IMG/VR virus record: IMGVR_UViG_3300044957_000763 | Location: 248,001-312,000 of that record | Strand: one strand, 5' to 3' | Length of the DNA: 64,000 bases | Shown: positions 28,229 to 37,950 of the stretch, in pieces | How the letters are laid out: each line of letters opens with the position of its first letter | Numbering within the stretch: the stretch's first letter is position 1 | Notes under the pieces: model-generated | What the model saw: only the letters and a program-made list of their open reading frames with translations | What the model was told of the DNA's origin: nothing | The model's database searches: none | Made by a program: the position numbers and the translations under genes

Positions 28229-28267
28229 CACGAATAACCTGCTTTTTGCAGGTTATTCGTGTTTTTT
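28229..28267 (+). terminator. intrinsic terminator ending the ABC/OmpA cluster
   Basis: 14-bp stem CACGAATAACCTGC/GCAGGTTATTCGTG followed by T6. Confidence 0.85.
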
Positions 28268-28316
28268 GTTTAACATTAAATCGGGAGTAACCCAAAAACA
28301 AAACAAAGAGGTAACT

Positions 28317-28859
28317 ATGCTACGATTTATTTTCACAATTAATGTCGCTATTGCGGCTGCAAAACGCGCAACATTTTCTCGACAACGACTCGCAGATACT
28401 TGGTATGAGCGATACATTCGACACTATGTCAGGCTTTCACTCATGCGACCAAATAGCTTTTTTATGTTGACAGGTCCAAACCGAACCAGCAGATTGCTTC
28501 CATCAGGTCCTAATTTGCTGGTTACAACAGGTGTCATCAAATGGAATCAATCATGCGAAGTGTTTGGTCCTATTGAAAAATCTCAAACCAGGCTCAACTT
28601 CAAACACAAAAATCAAAGTGACACGCTTGCCAATTACCACCCTGATTTAGAAGATAACAAAAAATTCAAGTCTAATGTGGCGGCTTGTGTATATTTTGAA
28701 GAATTGCAAAGGCCAAATACTGTTGAAGAGATTGAAATTACCTACGAAGACGCAATGACCAAAGTAAATACTGACATTATTGGCGCACTTGATGAATACA
28801 TTAAGGCAGACAAGGAGTCAGAAAATACCGATAACAAAAATCAAGTCGGATTAAACTAA
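28317..28859 (+). CDS. hypothetical protein
   Basis: GAGG SD before ATG 28317. Confidence 0.6.
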   Translation: MLRFIFTINVAIAAAKRATFSRQRLADTWYERYIRHYVRLSLMRPNSFFMLTGPNRTSRLLPSGPNLLVTTGVIKWNQSCEVFGPIEKSQTRLNFKHKNQSDTLANYHPDLEDNKKFKSNVAACVYFEELQRPNTVEEIEITYEDAMTKVNTDIIGALDEYIKADKESENTDNKNQVGLN

Positions 28860-29398
28860 TTTGATTTAGTTTCGCGCAAGAGTGTTTTGATATCTTCTCT
28901 TAAGGCTTCGATTTCAGACAATGCATTTTGTGTTTCACGAGTAAGTGCCTTGATATCTTCGTTCATAGTCCCAACTTCTTCTTGCATATTTTGCAATTGG
29001 CGATTTGTTTCTAGATTCATCAAGTATTCGTGCTGAGCTCGAAGCCTGTCTCGGTCTGCTTGTCGTCTTTGACTCATCAAAATGATTGGTGCCTGAAGTG
29101 CCGCAATGGTAGACAAAATCAAATTTAGCAATACAAAAGGCGGTGCGTCAAAAGAGTGTGGCTGGAAAAACCTTAGTGTGTTGAACGCAATCCAACACAG
29201 CATAGTGCAACAGAAGCAACCAACGAACCACCAACTTCCAGCGACCTCGGTTACCTTGTCTGCAAGGTTGTCGCCAAAGGTTTTTGCCCGTTCGAATTCC
29301 TCCATTGCCTCGAGCAATTTAGAATCACTTTGGGCGAATAGTTCGTCCCAGCGACCGGTGTTTCGAGCGTTGTTATTTGTGTTGCGAATGTGTCCCAT
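28856..29398 (-). CDS. DUF1003 membrane protein
   Basis: GSWWF...PPFVLLNLILSTIAALQAPIILMSQRRQADRDR. Confidence 0.9.
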   Translation of the reverse strand: MGHIRNTNNNARNTGRWDELFAQSDSKLLEAMEEFERAKTFGDNLADKVTEVAGSWWFVGCFCCTMLCWIAFNTLRFFQPHSFDAPPFVLLNLILSTIAALQAPIILMSQRRQADRDRLRAQHEYLMNLETNRQLQNMQEEVGTMNEDIKALTRETQNALSEIEALREDIKTLLRETKSN

Positions 29399-29486
29399 CT
29401 ACGGCCGCCTCCTTTCATTTGATATTCACCTGAAGTCTTATTATATCACACTTGACATACGACCTTTAGTTGTGCTAGAATCAGGT

Positions 29487-29672
29487 ATGGAATTCAAACG
29501 TGGTGAAAAAGTTACAGACGGTCTATTAACTGGTATTGTTTGCAAGCCTAAGACATATATTGACGACGAATTGCGAACGGTTATTGTGCTGTCAAAATCA
29601 AAACAGCATATTGACTTAGACCCATCAACGCTGACCAAGATTAAAAAAGACGACGAAGAGCAATGGTGGTAG
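29487..29672 (+). CDS. small hypothetical protein
   Basis: TTGACA-18-TAGAAT-5-ATG. Confidence 0.6.
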   Translation: MEFKRGEKVTDGLLTGIVCKPKTYIDDELRTVIVLSKSKQHIDLDPSTLTKIKKDDEEQWW

Positions 29673-29673
29673 T

Positions 29674-30081
29674 GTGAACAACGCAGATTGGACTAGTAAG
29701 CCATCTTATAAGGAAGAAATCCTGCCTTGGCTTTGTGGACTTTTTCATGGTAGAGAACAGAAATCCAATCTTCGTGTGTCAGATGTTTGCCAAGAGTTGA
29801 TTCTTGCTCTTGATAACAGACTTATTTGCGTTTATCGTTCTTCAATGCTGAAGCGCAATGAGGTTATTGTCAAATGCACCCAACGAGGTCAAAAAATTCT
29901 TGATAGAGACACATCAAAACGGATTTCTTTCCCTCCAGAAATTGGTTGTGACGATGACTCACTCGACAAGTATTACGCTAGTGCCACTCAGGTTTTTGCT
30001 GCTGATTTGGTTCAAATGTGTACCAAATCTAGTTTTTTAGACGATATTTTGGAACAATTTTCAATACTTGAGCGAAATTAA
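29674..30081 (+). CDS. hypothetical protein with SSFLDDIL tail
   Basis: 135-aa ORF. Confidence 0.6.
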   Translation: MNNADWTSKPSYKEEILPWLCGLFHGREQKSNLRVSDVCQELILALDNRLICVYRSSMLKRNEVIVKCTQRGQKILDRDTSKRISFPPEIGCDDDSLDKYYASATQVFAADLVQMCTKSSFLDDILEQFSILERN

Positions 30082-30117
30082 GCAGTCCCTTTTGCCGCCA
30101 AATTGTAATAATAGAGT

Positions 30118-30591
30118 GTGGTAAATGGAATAGGAGCAGTTCGTCATCTGTTGATACAGCACAGAATGGCGCAATTTCAGAATATGCAAACCGTCGACCC
30201 GAGTCGCGGCGGAGTTCATATTGGCCAACAGCCTGTCGCTATTCAGGCGCAAGACCCAAACCAGCTCAATGACATTCGCAATAACTTCATGTCAAACGGA
30301 TATGCGACTCCAGTTCGACTTCAAAACGGGAAGACTGTCATTATTGCCCATGGTGCGCCTCCACAAAATGGTCAAAGATATTGGTTTATTGGCCCGTCAG
30401 CAACACAGTTTGGAAGCAATGACGGGTGGTTAAACGCAGAACAGTCCAAAGCCTGGGCCGCATCCCAGGGATATCCAGGCGCAGAGTTCATTTCATGCTA
30501 TAACCAGGGCGCATTTGACAACACAGGAAAACTTGAGATTGGAGTGCCCACAGACACTAACAGTACTGAGTTTACTGTAAAGGCGGACTAA
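30118..30591 (+). CDS. hypothetical protein (possible His/Cys dyad)
   Basis: IIAHG and FISCY motifs. Confidence 0.55.
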   Translation: MVNGIGAVRHLLIQHRMAQFQNMQTVDPSRGGVHIGQQPVAIQAQDPNQLNDIRNNFMSNGYATPVRLQNGKTVIIAHGAPPQNGQRYWFIGPSATQFGSNDGWLNAEQSKAWAASQGYPGAEFISCYNQGAFDNTGKLEIGVPTDTNSTEFTVKAD

Positions 30592-31151
30592 TGTCAAAAA
30601 ATTATGATTGGCAATTATGCCACAATCAAGGCGTTAATGACGCCAGGGTTGTCATGGGTAAGTTGAAGTCCGCTGGTCATATTCATCATTTTGAAGAAAA
30701 AAATGATGGTGTGAGCCAAAAGAAACAACGCGACTTCTTGGTGTGGTTCCAAAACGGTCTCGAGAAACCGTCACACGTTGAAGTTAAGAGTGAAAAATGG
30801 CAATTTATCAACATCGCTCTTGAGTTGATTCATGATATAGATAACAACACTCCCGGTAAACATATTAGTTTTGATAACGACTACTATCTGCACTATATGG
30901 TACCAGACAATTTAGCAGTGCGTTTTGATTGTAAACCAGTCCGGGACAATCTTCTTTTGCCACTTTTAGAAGAGAAAGACCATTTTGTGTCTGGGCAAAA
31001 AACGGCATATGAGTTTAATGGAACCAAACTCAAACTAACATATCCAAAAACATTTCGCTCGGGCACATACTCACATACGAGTTGCACGTTGATTGCACCA
31101 AAGGAATTAGTTGAAGAATACGCAGATTCGTGGCAACTCTATCAACTTTAA
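30591..31151 (+). CDS. PD-(D/E)xK nuclease-like protein
   Basis: RDFLV...HVEVKSEK...NIALE. Confidence 0.6.
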   Translation: MSKNYDWQLCHNQGVNDARVVMGKLKSAGHIHHFEEKNDGVSQKKQRDFLVWFQNGLEKPSHVEVKSEKWQFINIALELIHDIDNNTPGKHISFDNDYYLHYMVPDNLAVRFDCKPVRDNLLLPLLEEKDHFVSGQKTAYEFNGTKLKLTYPKTFRSGTYSHTSCTLIAPKELVEEYADSWQLYQL

Positions 31152-31171
31152 GCAAAATGCCATAATACGCT

Positions 31172-31582
31172 ATGGATAGTTGTACATTCACTGACGCCAA
31201 AGGTACTGTAAATTTTTTTGACAAAGATAGGGTGTCATTGCTTGCCAAAAGCATCGCTCCGGTAATAGATTATATGTGGCCTAAGGCTAAGGTCGATGAC
31301 ATTATTGAACTTAGTGACAAGGCACTATGGATGTTCTTGGAGCTATCAAATGAATATGATGTTTTGAGTCCCGCTGGAAGGTCTGATGTGTGTGAGCGCG
31401 TAGGCAAAGAACTCAATGAAGCGTATACCCACCGTTGTAAACCAAGAGTGCTTAAGAACAACAAGAAACCATCCAAGAAACAACTTGGTACGCACGAGGC
31501 GTTTTTTATTCAATATGCATCAGTTATAGCCTTTATTGTCTATGGAGACTTGAAATCAAAATACAAATTGGTGGAAGCATGA
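31172..31582 (+). CDS. hypothetical protein
   Basis: TGC-CATAAT 5 nt before ATG. Confidence 0.6.
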   Translation: MDSCTFTDAKGTVNFFDKDRVSLLAKSIAPVIDYMWPKAKVDDIIELSDKALWMFLELSNEYDVLSPAGRSDVCERVGKELNEAYTHRCKPRVLKNNKKPSKKQLGTHEAFFIQYASVIAFIVYGDLKSKYKLVEA

Positions 31583-32064
31583 CAAATACAGAATTCATAT
31601 CTCAAATCGAACAAATGGTTGCGCAACTTCCAACTGATTTGATGCGCATGAAAGAACTCCCAGAAAAACGCGGAGCTCTGTTGTATTCAGGTCCTGTACC
31701 AGATGTTTCACAATTCCACGAATGGGTTGAGAAAGCCCTGTGGATGCTTGAAAACTCAGCCGTGGCTGCAAGAAATTTGCCGGCTGGAAAGTTTGTGGCA
31801 CTTGCGTACAAGGGCGGATACGTAATTATATCTGACGACCTCAAAGATTCTTTATCAGAAGAAATGTTTAAGGCCTGTCGTGTCGTCACATATTCTGATT
31901 TTGGTCTAGAGAGAGGGTCAACGTGCTTGGTTTTCACACGTGTTCCATTTGAGCTTTCTATAGTGTTTAATGGAGATGTGTGCATGGTTTTCCTTGCGGG
32001 CAACTCTGAAGCCGACGTTGTGGTGTATTCTCCAGAACGACTGAGGCAAATTATGGTACACTAA
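31579..32064 (+). CDS. hypothetical protein
   Basis: 161-aa ORF, ATGA overlap. Confidence 0.6.
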   Translation: MTNTEFISQIEQMVAQLPTDLMRMKELPEKRGALLYSGPVPDVSQFHEWVEKALWMLENSAVAARNLPAGKFVALAYKGGYVIISDDLKDSLSEEMFKACRVVTYSDFGLERGSTCLVFTRVPFELSIVFNGDVCMVFLAGNSEADVVVYSPERLRQIMVH

Positions 32065-32068
32065 ATTT

Positions 32069-32764
32069 ATGGCTGAATATGCTAACTTTCATGAATTCCG
32101 CAGATATATGAACCAAGCAGACGTTGTTGGACTTTGTGATGCGATTACATGTCACAAGAACAAAGAACAATTGTCTAAATGGTTACAGTCTCAAATGAAC
32201 AGGAGAGTTGCGTCTGATGCGGCGTCTATGCATGGTATGGCATTTTGTAGTTTTGAGCACACTTTACAGTGTCCAATGAGCTATTTATCGGATGAGGTTC
32301 TAAAGTGTGCCGGTGTTGCAATTGAAAGAATAATAACCCGCTTAATCGCACAGAAAGATGTAGACGCAACATCATATGGAGATGCATTTACATATCAATA
32401 CGAGAATGCATATGGTCTGCACAGTTATGATTCTGATTCTATTCGGGTTGGCAACGATGAAGTTTTGGTTTCAGTAAACAGTCCGGCACCAGATGATTTT
32501 ATTGAAGGATTCAAGAATTGTTTTGCTGTGAGACACAAGCAGCACCACTCATCGCTTTTATCAGTGGTGCCCAAAGATTGTTTTGCTATTGGATTGGCTA
32601 TTTTGGCAAAAAGCAGTAAGATGATTCAAATTCATGTTGGTGTTGCGTTGAAAAATCCGATGAATGTGCGTATAATTACAAACGAGGCTAAAAGTAGTCC
32701 ATTTGACAAAATGATGGCTGTTAACACCATTATTGACAAGGCAGGTTTTCATGAGCAAATATAG
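32069..32764 (+). CDS. hypothetical protein
   Basis: 231-aa ORF; TGG-TACACT 6 nt before ATG. Confidence 0.6.
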   Translation: MAEYANFHEFRRYMNQADVVGLCDAITCHKNKEQLSKWLQSQMNRRVASDAASMHGMAFCSFEHTLQCPMSYLSDEVLKCAGVAIERIITRLIAQKDVDATSYGDAFTYQYENAYGLHSYDSDSIRVGNDEVLVSVNSPAPDDFIEGFKNCFAVRHKQHHSSLLSVVPKDCFAIGLAILAKSSKMIQIHVGVALKNPMNVRIITNEAKSSPFDKMMAVNTIIDKAGFHEQI

Positions 32765-34772
32765 AGACCCAGAAGATACACGAGATAATCATATACCAGG
32801 ACTGCCAGATAGCATGGAACAACAGCGTGTTTCAGAAGACGTTATCAAGTCTAGAGTACGTGAAATCAACGAAGTTGGTGCAAAACTTAAAACTGAATTT
32901 GCTGGCATTGACAAGCAGATTGACACCATCATTCGCTATGTAACCCCTTTTTACGCGACGCCAGAATTGCTCACAAGACCCATAGTAGTGTGCCTGTGGG
33001 GCATGACTGGCGTAGGTAAGACACACGTTCTTCGTCGTTTGGCCAATTTAACCAACATGCAATCTCGATACGCCACATTCGATATGGGGGAATATTCTGG
33101 TGGATTCTCGGAATATACACTCAGGTATCAGCTTGACGATGTGGCAGACACTGTTGAAGACGGTAGGGCAATGATTGTGTTTGATGAAATGCAAACCATT
33201 AGGTTCATTGACGAAACAGGAAGCGAAGTCGACCGCCCGGCTGCAAGATTGATTTGGGACGTGCTGGATGGTGCACCGATGACTCGAAATACGTCTTTTA
33301 ACAATGATGTACTCGAGATGGTTAAAGACTTCAAGCGACTGCGACGACTCGGTGTAACTATTGAGAAGAACACGGTTGTATCTGGCACAAATCATTTCAA
33401 GAAAATCCGCCGACGATGGTCTAGAGAAGATTCAGAAGACACATTTACTGCTATAAATTCTGATGATTTTGAAACGATGTACAGGGCTAATCCTGTGCAC
33501 TTCAATTACAACGAAGACTATGAAGCATGGTTAAAGGTTTTTGAAGAATTCAAAGACATCAACGATTTCATTTCTTATATCCAGTTGGTTAGTGATGGGT
33601 ACAAACTTGGTGAACCAAACAACCTGTCTCGTAGTTTGATTTTCTGCGTTGGCAATCTTGATGAGGTATATCATGAAAGCCACGATATCAGCCCTGATAT
33701 TGACATTGAAAGCCTGCGAGAATACACTGAGAAAGTCACGCTTTCTCAGGTGAAAACCGCACTATTAGACAGATTCAGACCAGAACAGATTGCAAGACTT
33801 GGCAACAACCATGTTATCTATCCAAGCCTTGACAGAAATAGTTACTGGAAAATCATTAGAAAACACATAAGCAACTCGCTTGCCAGGGTCAAATCGGCAT
33901 ACAATGTTGACTTGAACGTGGACGAAAGCGTGGCTGAACTTATTTTCAAAGAGAGCGTATTTCCAACTCAGGGCGCAAGACCGGTAAATAACTCATTCAG
34001 CATGTTGTTTGACTCATATCTTGCCGATGCATTGTGCCAATTACCAGCCACTGGACCAATTGATTGGAAATATGATGCTACCAATCGAAAATACCAGTTC
34101 TCTCGTGGTGAAAGCACGTATTCGGTTGATGTTCAACTTATGGTTGAGTCGCAACGCGATAATGAAGAAAATGACAAGCAGGCAATTATAGCTGTTCACG
34201 AGGCAGGCCATGGACTCGCTGCCGCGCTCTATACTGGCAGATGGCCAAAGGAACTTCGCTCTCGCACTGCTGGAACAGAGGGCGGATATACGACGTTTGA
34301 ACCGCTTCAGTTCAAAACTCGCAATGACATTCTTGGAATAATTAAACAAGGCATGGCTGGCATTGTAGCTGAGGAAGTAATTTATGGAGTCGATAACATC
34401 AGCAATGGTTCCGGAGAAGACTTTTCGATGATTACTAAAGAAATCCAACAAGCAGTTGCCGCACTTGGGCTCTTCAGAGAGTCTTGGATTGGCACAAGCA
34501 ATTCACATGTTGGCCTTCTTTCAGATTCGCAAAGCATGAAGAAAGTGTCTCAAATCGTTATTGACTTGATTAAAGAATCACACAGCACGATGGTTGAGGA
34601 CTTTATTCAGCACAAAGAACTAATTTTGCGAATTGCAGAATACTTGATATCCCATACTGTCATGCCGGGGGTCATGTTTGCCGAGATGTGCGAAAAGCAC
34701 GGGGTGAAATTGCCAACTAGATTTAGTCACAGAGAATCACTACTGCAGTCATTAAAAGAAATCAATAGTTAA
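32751..34772 (+). CDS. soluble AAA+ ATPase fused to an M41 (FtsH-type) zinc protease domain
   Basis: GMTGVGKT, IVFDE, FRPEQIARLG, GARP; HEAGH, AEEV, GSGED; no TM segment. Confidence 0.85.
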   Translation: MSKYRDPEDTRDNHIPGLPDSMEQQRVSEDVIKSRVREINEVGAKLKTEFAGIDKQIDTIIRYVTPFYATPELLTRPIVVCLWGMTGVGKTHVLRRLANLTNMQSRYATFDMGEYSGGFSEYTLRYQLDDVADTVEDGRAMIVFDEMQTIRFIDETGSEVDRPAARLIWDVLDGAPMTRNTSFNNDVLEMVKDFKRLRRLGVTIEKNTVVSGTNHFKKIRRRWSREDSEDTFTAINSDDFETMYRANPVHFNYNEDYEAWLKVFEEFKDINDFISYIQLVSDGYKLGEPNNLSRSLIFCVGNLDEVYHESHDISPDIDIESLREYTEKVTLSQVKTALLDRFRPEQIARLGNNHVIYPSLDRNSYWKIIRKHISNSLARVKSAYNVDLNVDESVAELIFKESVFPTQGARPVNNSFSMLFDSYLADALCQLPATGPIDWKYDATNRKYQFSRGESTYSVDVQLMVESQRDNEENDKQAIIAVHEAGHGLAAALYTGRWPKELRSRTAGTEGGYTTFEPLQFKTRNDILGIIKQGMAGIVAEEVIYGVDNISNGSGEDFSMITKEIQQAVAALGLFRESWIGTSNSHVGLLSDSQSMKKVSQIVIDLIKESHSTMVEDFIQHKELILRIAEYLISHTVMPGVMFAEMCEKHGVKLPTRFSHRESLLQSLKEINS

Positions 34773-34776
34773 TACA

Positions 34777-35385
34777 ATGATTATCAACGTACTTCCACCA
34801 GAAAAAATACGCGATGAGTTTGGTTGGGCTAGCATCGAGTGGTGGCAGTATATGTTTTGCACTGTTCAGCGTGTGGATTACATTTACGAACCATTCATGA
34901 CTATAAATGTTGATAGCTTTGATTCTCTTCGGAATGCTTTGCACGCCATAGAAGAAGAAGCACTGATGTACATGGTCAACGAAACAGCCAGAGGCAAGTC
35001 CGCTGAAATCAAAGACTTGATTCCCGATAACGACCTTGTGATTATCAGCAAACACACCGACATATCATTGGTCAACCAGTTATATGCCCCTAGTGTACTT
35101 CAGTGTTGGCACAGGATGTTCGAGCACGAAGGTGATTTGTACGATGACACCGACCTGGTTTTACGCCACGGCATGGTCTTAGATGATAAGATACCAATAG
35201 CCGTCAAAATTGATAATTTGCCTGGTGAGTGCGAACTCGGAAACATGGGTTCTGCTGTTATCTCTGCGGTCATTGTTGAATCAGACGCGAGCAAACTCAA
35301 TTTTGAAACGCACACAATACACAGACTAAAGCCAGACAATGACAAAAAAGCCTCCACACTTGACATACTTTTGGGGATGCAATGA
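34777..35385 (+). CDS. hypothetical protein with KKASTLDILLG tail
   Basis: 202-aa ORF. Confidence 0.65.
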   Translation: MIINVLPPEKIRDEFGWASIEWWQYMFCTVQRVDYIYEPFMTINVDSFDSLRNALHAIEEEALMYMVNETARGKSAEIKDLIPDNDLVIISKHTDISLVNQLYAPSVLQCWHRMFEHEGDLYDDTDLVLRHGMVLDDKIPIAVKIDNLPGECELGNMGSAVISAVIVESDASKLNFETHTIHRLKPDNDKKASTLDILLGMQ

Positions 35386-35529
35386 GTACCAAACAAAAAA
35401 ATGACATAATGATGCTGTTGGCGGTTTTTATTGTATCGTATTTCTTGTATCAAACAAGAAACTCTTTGCATTGGCCGCTCGTCGTTATTATCGAAATCTT
35501 TGTAATTGCGAGGCTAAGCCAATTGTCGC

Positions 35530-35955
35530 GTGATTAAAATGTCAATTGATAAAGACATAGAAGCATACGTTTTAACCGAACTCAAAACTCGGAATACTAT
35601 TTACGAACCTACAGTTGGTGACGTAATGTGTTTTTACACGCCACACGGTGTTTATGGCCCGGTTCCATACGAGTCTAATGCGTATTATTCTACATTCTCT
35701 ACCCAAGAAAAGATAGTAAATTCAAATGCAAAGGCGTCCGCCGAAGCGTGCATAGTCAAAATTCAAGAAAAAATCAACATCGCCAAACAAGAAGTTGCCT
35801 CGGCAGCAAACAACGAATTGAGCTTTGTACACGTAAGGTTTTATGGACTCAGGACTCGGATTTGCCGGTCATTTGTATTAGTTTCCGCCGATGTTTGTGT
35901 GGCATGTTCGTACAAGCATATTGGTTTTTTAGATGCACTGTTTGACTTTGGTTAA
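35530..35955 (+). CDS. hypothetical protein with GFLDALFDFG tail
   Basis: 141-aa ORF. Confidence 0.6.
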   Translation: MIKMSIDKDIEAYVLTELKTRNTIYEPTVGDVMCFYTPHGVYGPVPYESNAYYSTFSTQEKIVNSNAKASAEACIVKIQEKINIAKQEVASAANNELSFVHVRFYGLRTRICRSFVLVSADVCVACSYKHIGFLDALFDFG

Positions 35956-35977
35956 TCACATGTGATATAATCAATAT

Positions 35978-36355
35978 ATGCCTATAACCGATGGTGTGCA
36001 TATGATGCATGAATTGAAACAATTGTCTGAGCAATACAATCAGCTCGAACTTGCAGACAGGCTTGGAATTAGTCAATCGTATGTAAGTATGCTTTTAACC
36101 GGAAAGCGACAAGCAAGTACCACTCTCGCTGGTAGAATCAAGCGTCTTTATAGCGGGACTGAGACCCAAACCGCAAAATGGGACAAAAAGCACGGTTCTG
36201 GTTCTGTAGTTGTTTCTTTGACTTGTCCACATATGACGTCAGAAGAAAAGACCAAACTGGCCCAAGTTTTGGCGTATTACGCCTCGGCATACATGAAAGC
36301 AGAAGTTGACGCAGCAGCAGGCGTGCCTAGCGAACGACCTAAGCCACTGCCTTAA
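35978..36355 (+). CDS. XRE-family HTH protein
   Basis: NQLELADRLGISQSYVSMLLTGKR; TTGACT-18-TATAAT-6-ATG. Confidence 0.85.
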   Translation: MPITDGVHMMHELKQLSEQYNQLELADRLGISQSYVSMLLTGKRQASTTLAGRIKRLYSGTETQTAKWDKKHGSGSVVVSLTCPHMTSEEKTKLAQVLAYYASAYMKAEVDAAAGVPSERPKPLP

Positions 36356-36600
36356 AGCGAAAAGTTTCCAGTGCGTCGTTGCATTATCAGCAAAAGGCGC
36401 ATAGATGTTCCTATCATATACCTGAGTTCAGCGGCTATTTCCTCATCGCTTCCGTGCTTAGACACACCTTGGGAAAGACAGTGCCTCATTGCAGTCTCCG
36501 AACTTGGAAATTCTTTGGCAGAGCCGGCGGCCGCGTCTGCTGACTGCTGTGCAATTCTAGAAAGGTGATACTGAATGGCGTGTGTGCTTTCTTCTGGCAT
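36352..36600 (-). CDS. hypothetical protein
   Basis: CATAAT 6 nt before ATG. Confidence 0.55.
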   Translation of the reverse strand: MPEESTHAIQYHLSRIAQQSADAAAGSAKEFPSSETAMRHCLSQGVSKHGSDEEIAAELRYMIGTSMRLLLIMQRRTGNFSL

Positions 36601-36673
36601 ACTGTAATTATGCGAGAAATTCAGAGTTTTATAAACGGAAAAGAGGTGAAAGTTGACAATCTCAGCAATTTCT

Positions 36674-37931
36674 ACAAAAAAGGCAGGAATATGTAAATAG
36701 AATATATAAGTAATTCTATGTGCTGAAGGCTTTTAAGTACAGAATATATCCGAACCAGAAACAGGTTGAAATGTTCAACGAACATTTCGGAGCAACACGA
36801 TTCGTCTATAACTGGGGATTGGAAAAGAAAACGAAAGCCTATCAACAAGAGTCGAAGACTTTATCGTGTTTTGAGTTAACTAATCGACTGAAGCAACTCA
36901 AAGAAGAGCAGCCTTGGTTGAAGGCTGTGAATAGCCAATCACTCCAGATGGCATTGCGTCATTTAGACAGTGCTTACACTAGGTTCTTTCGAGAGAAGAA
37001 AGGATTTCCCAAGTTCAAATCAAAACACAATCCAAAACAATCATTTCAGTGTCCTCAGAATTCATCTGTTGACTGGAATAGTGAAACGCTCTCTATTCCG
37101 AAAATCAAGGGGATTAAAGCCAGGCTCCATCGAAAATTCGATGGAGAAATCAAAACTGTCACAATAAGCAAGAATTGTGTTGGACATTATTATGCATCAA
37201 TTCTTGTTGAGACAACAGAATTGATGCCGCAAAAGACGGTTCTGGACATTGACAATGCCGTAGGCATAGATGTTGGCATTAGTAGATTCCTAACCACTTC
37301 AGATGGAATGATTGTTGAGAATCGAAAGTTCTTCAAAAAGTCAGAGAAGAGACTGGCTTATGAACAGTATCGACTTAGTAAGATGAAGAAAGGCTCTGCT
37401 AACAGAACTAAACAAAAGAAAAGAATTGCCCGTATTCACGAGCATGTATCCAATCAAAGACGAGATTTTCTGCACAAAGTGACGAGAAAACTAGTTGACG
37501 AGAATCAAGCGACTACGTTTTGCATCGAAGACCTTTCAATTAAGAACATGCAGAAGAATCACTGTCTTGCCAAATCCATCGCAGACGCATCTTGGGGTAT
37601 GTTCTTTGAACTCCTGAAGTACAAATGTGATTGGTCAGGAAAGAATCTTCTTGATATCGGAAGATTTGAACCAAGTAGCAAGATGTGCAGTGCATGTGGT
37701 GCTGTAAACAGAGAACTAAAGCTATCTGATAGAACATGGACATGCGCCTGTGGCGCATGTCATGACAGAGATAAAAATGCCGCCGAGAACATTCGTAGAA
37801 TGGCTTTTCAGCGTCAGAACTTAATTAGATGTATAGGGCTGGAACAGCCCGAATCAACGCCTTTGGACACTGTAGCAATAGCTACGTGAATGAAAAAGGA
37901 AGTCGCACACTTTATGCGTGCGGCAGTTCAC
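36674..37931 (+). mobile_element. tnpB-only IS200/IS605-type element
   Basis: right end hairpin CGCAC..GTGCG then GGCAGTTCAC; left junction inferred from promoter restoration. Confidence 0.65.
36720..37889 (+). CDS. tnpB: TnpB RNA-guided endonuclease
   Basis: KAFKYRIYP, GIDVG, IEDL, SSKMCSACG, CACG..HDRDKNAA. Confidence 0.95.
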   Translation: MLKAFKYRIYPNQKQVEMFNEHFGATRFVYNWGLEKKTKAYQQESKTLSCFELTNRLKQLKEEQPWLKAVNSQSLQMALRHLDSAYTRFFREKKGFPKFKSKHNPKQSFQCPQNSSVDWNSETLSIPKIKGIKARLHRKFDGEIKTVTISKNCVGHYYASILVETTELMPQKTVLDIDNAVGIDVGISRFLTTSDGMIVENRKFFKKSEKRLAYEQYRLSKMKKGSANRTKQKKRIARIHEHVSNQRRDFLHKVTRKLVDENQATTFCIEDLSIKNMQKNHCLAKSIADASWGMFFELLKYKCDWSGKNLLDIGRFEPSSKMCSACGAVNRELKLSDRTWTCACGACHDRDKNAAENIRRMAFQRQNLIRCIGLEQPESTPLDTVAIAT

Positions 37932-37950
37932 GCCATAATTACAGTATACT

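Noticed and set aside
29106-29486. N-terminal extension of track ORF 29106..29672
   Set aside because: Antisense to DUF1003; a canonical promoter places the start at 29487.
36720-37889. Nuclease-dead TldR-type repressor
   Set aside because: All three RuvC acidic residues appear intact.
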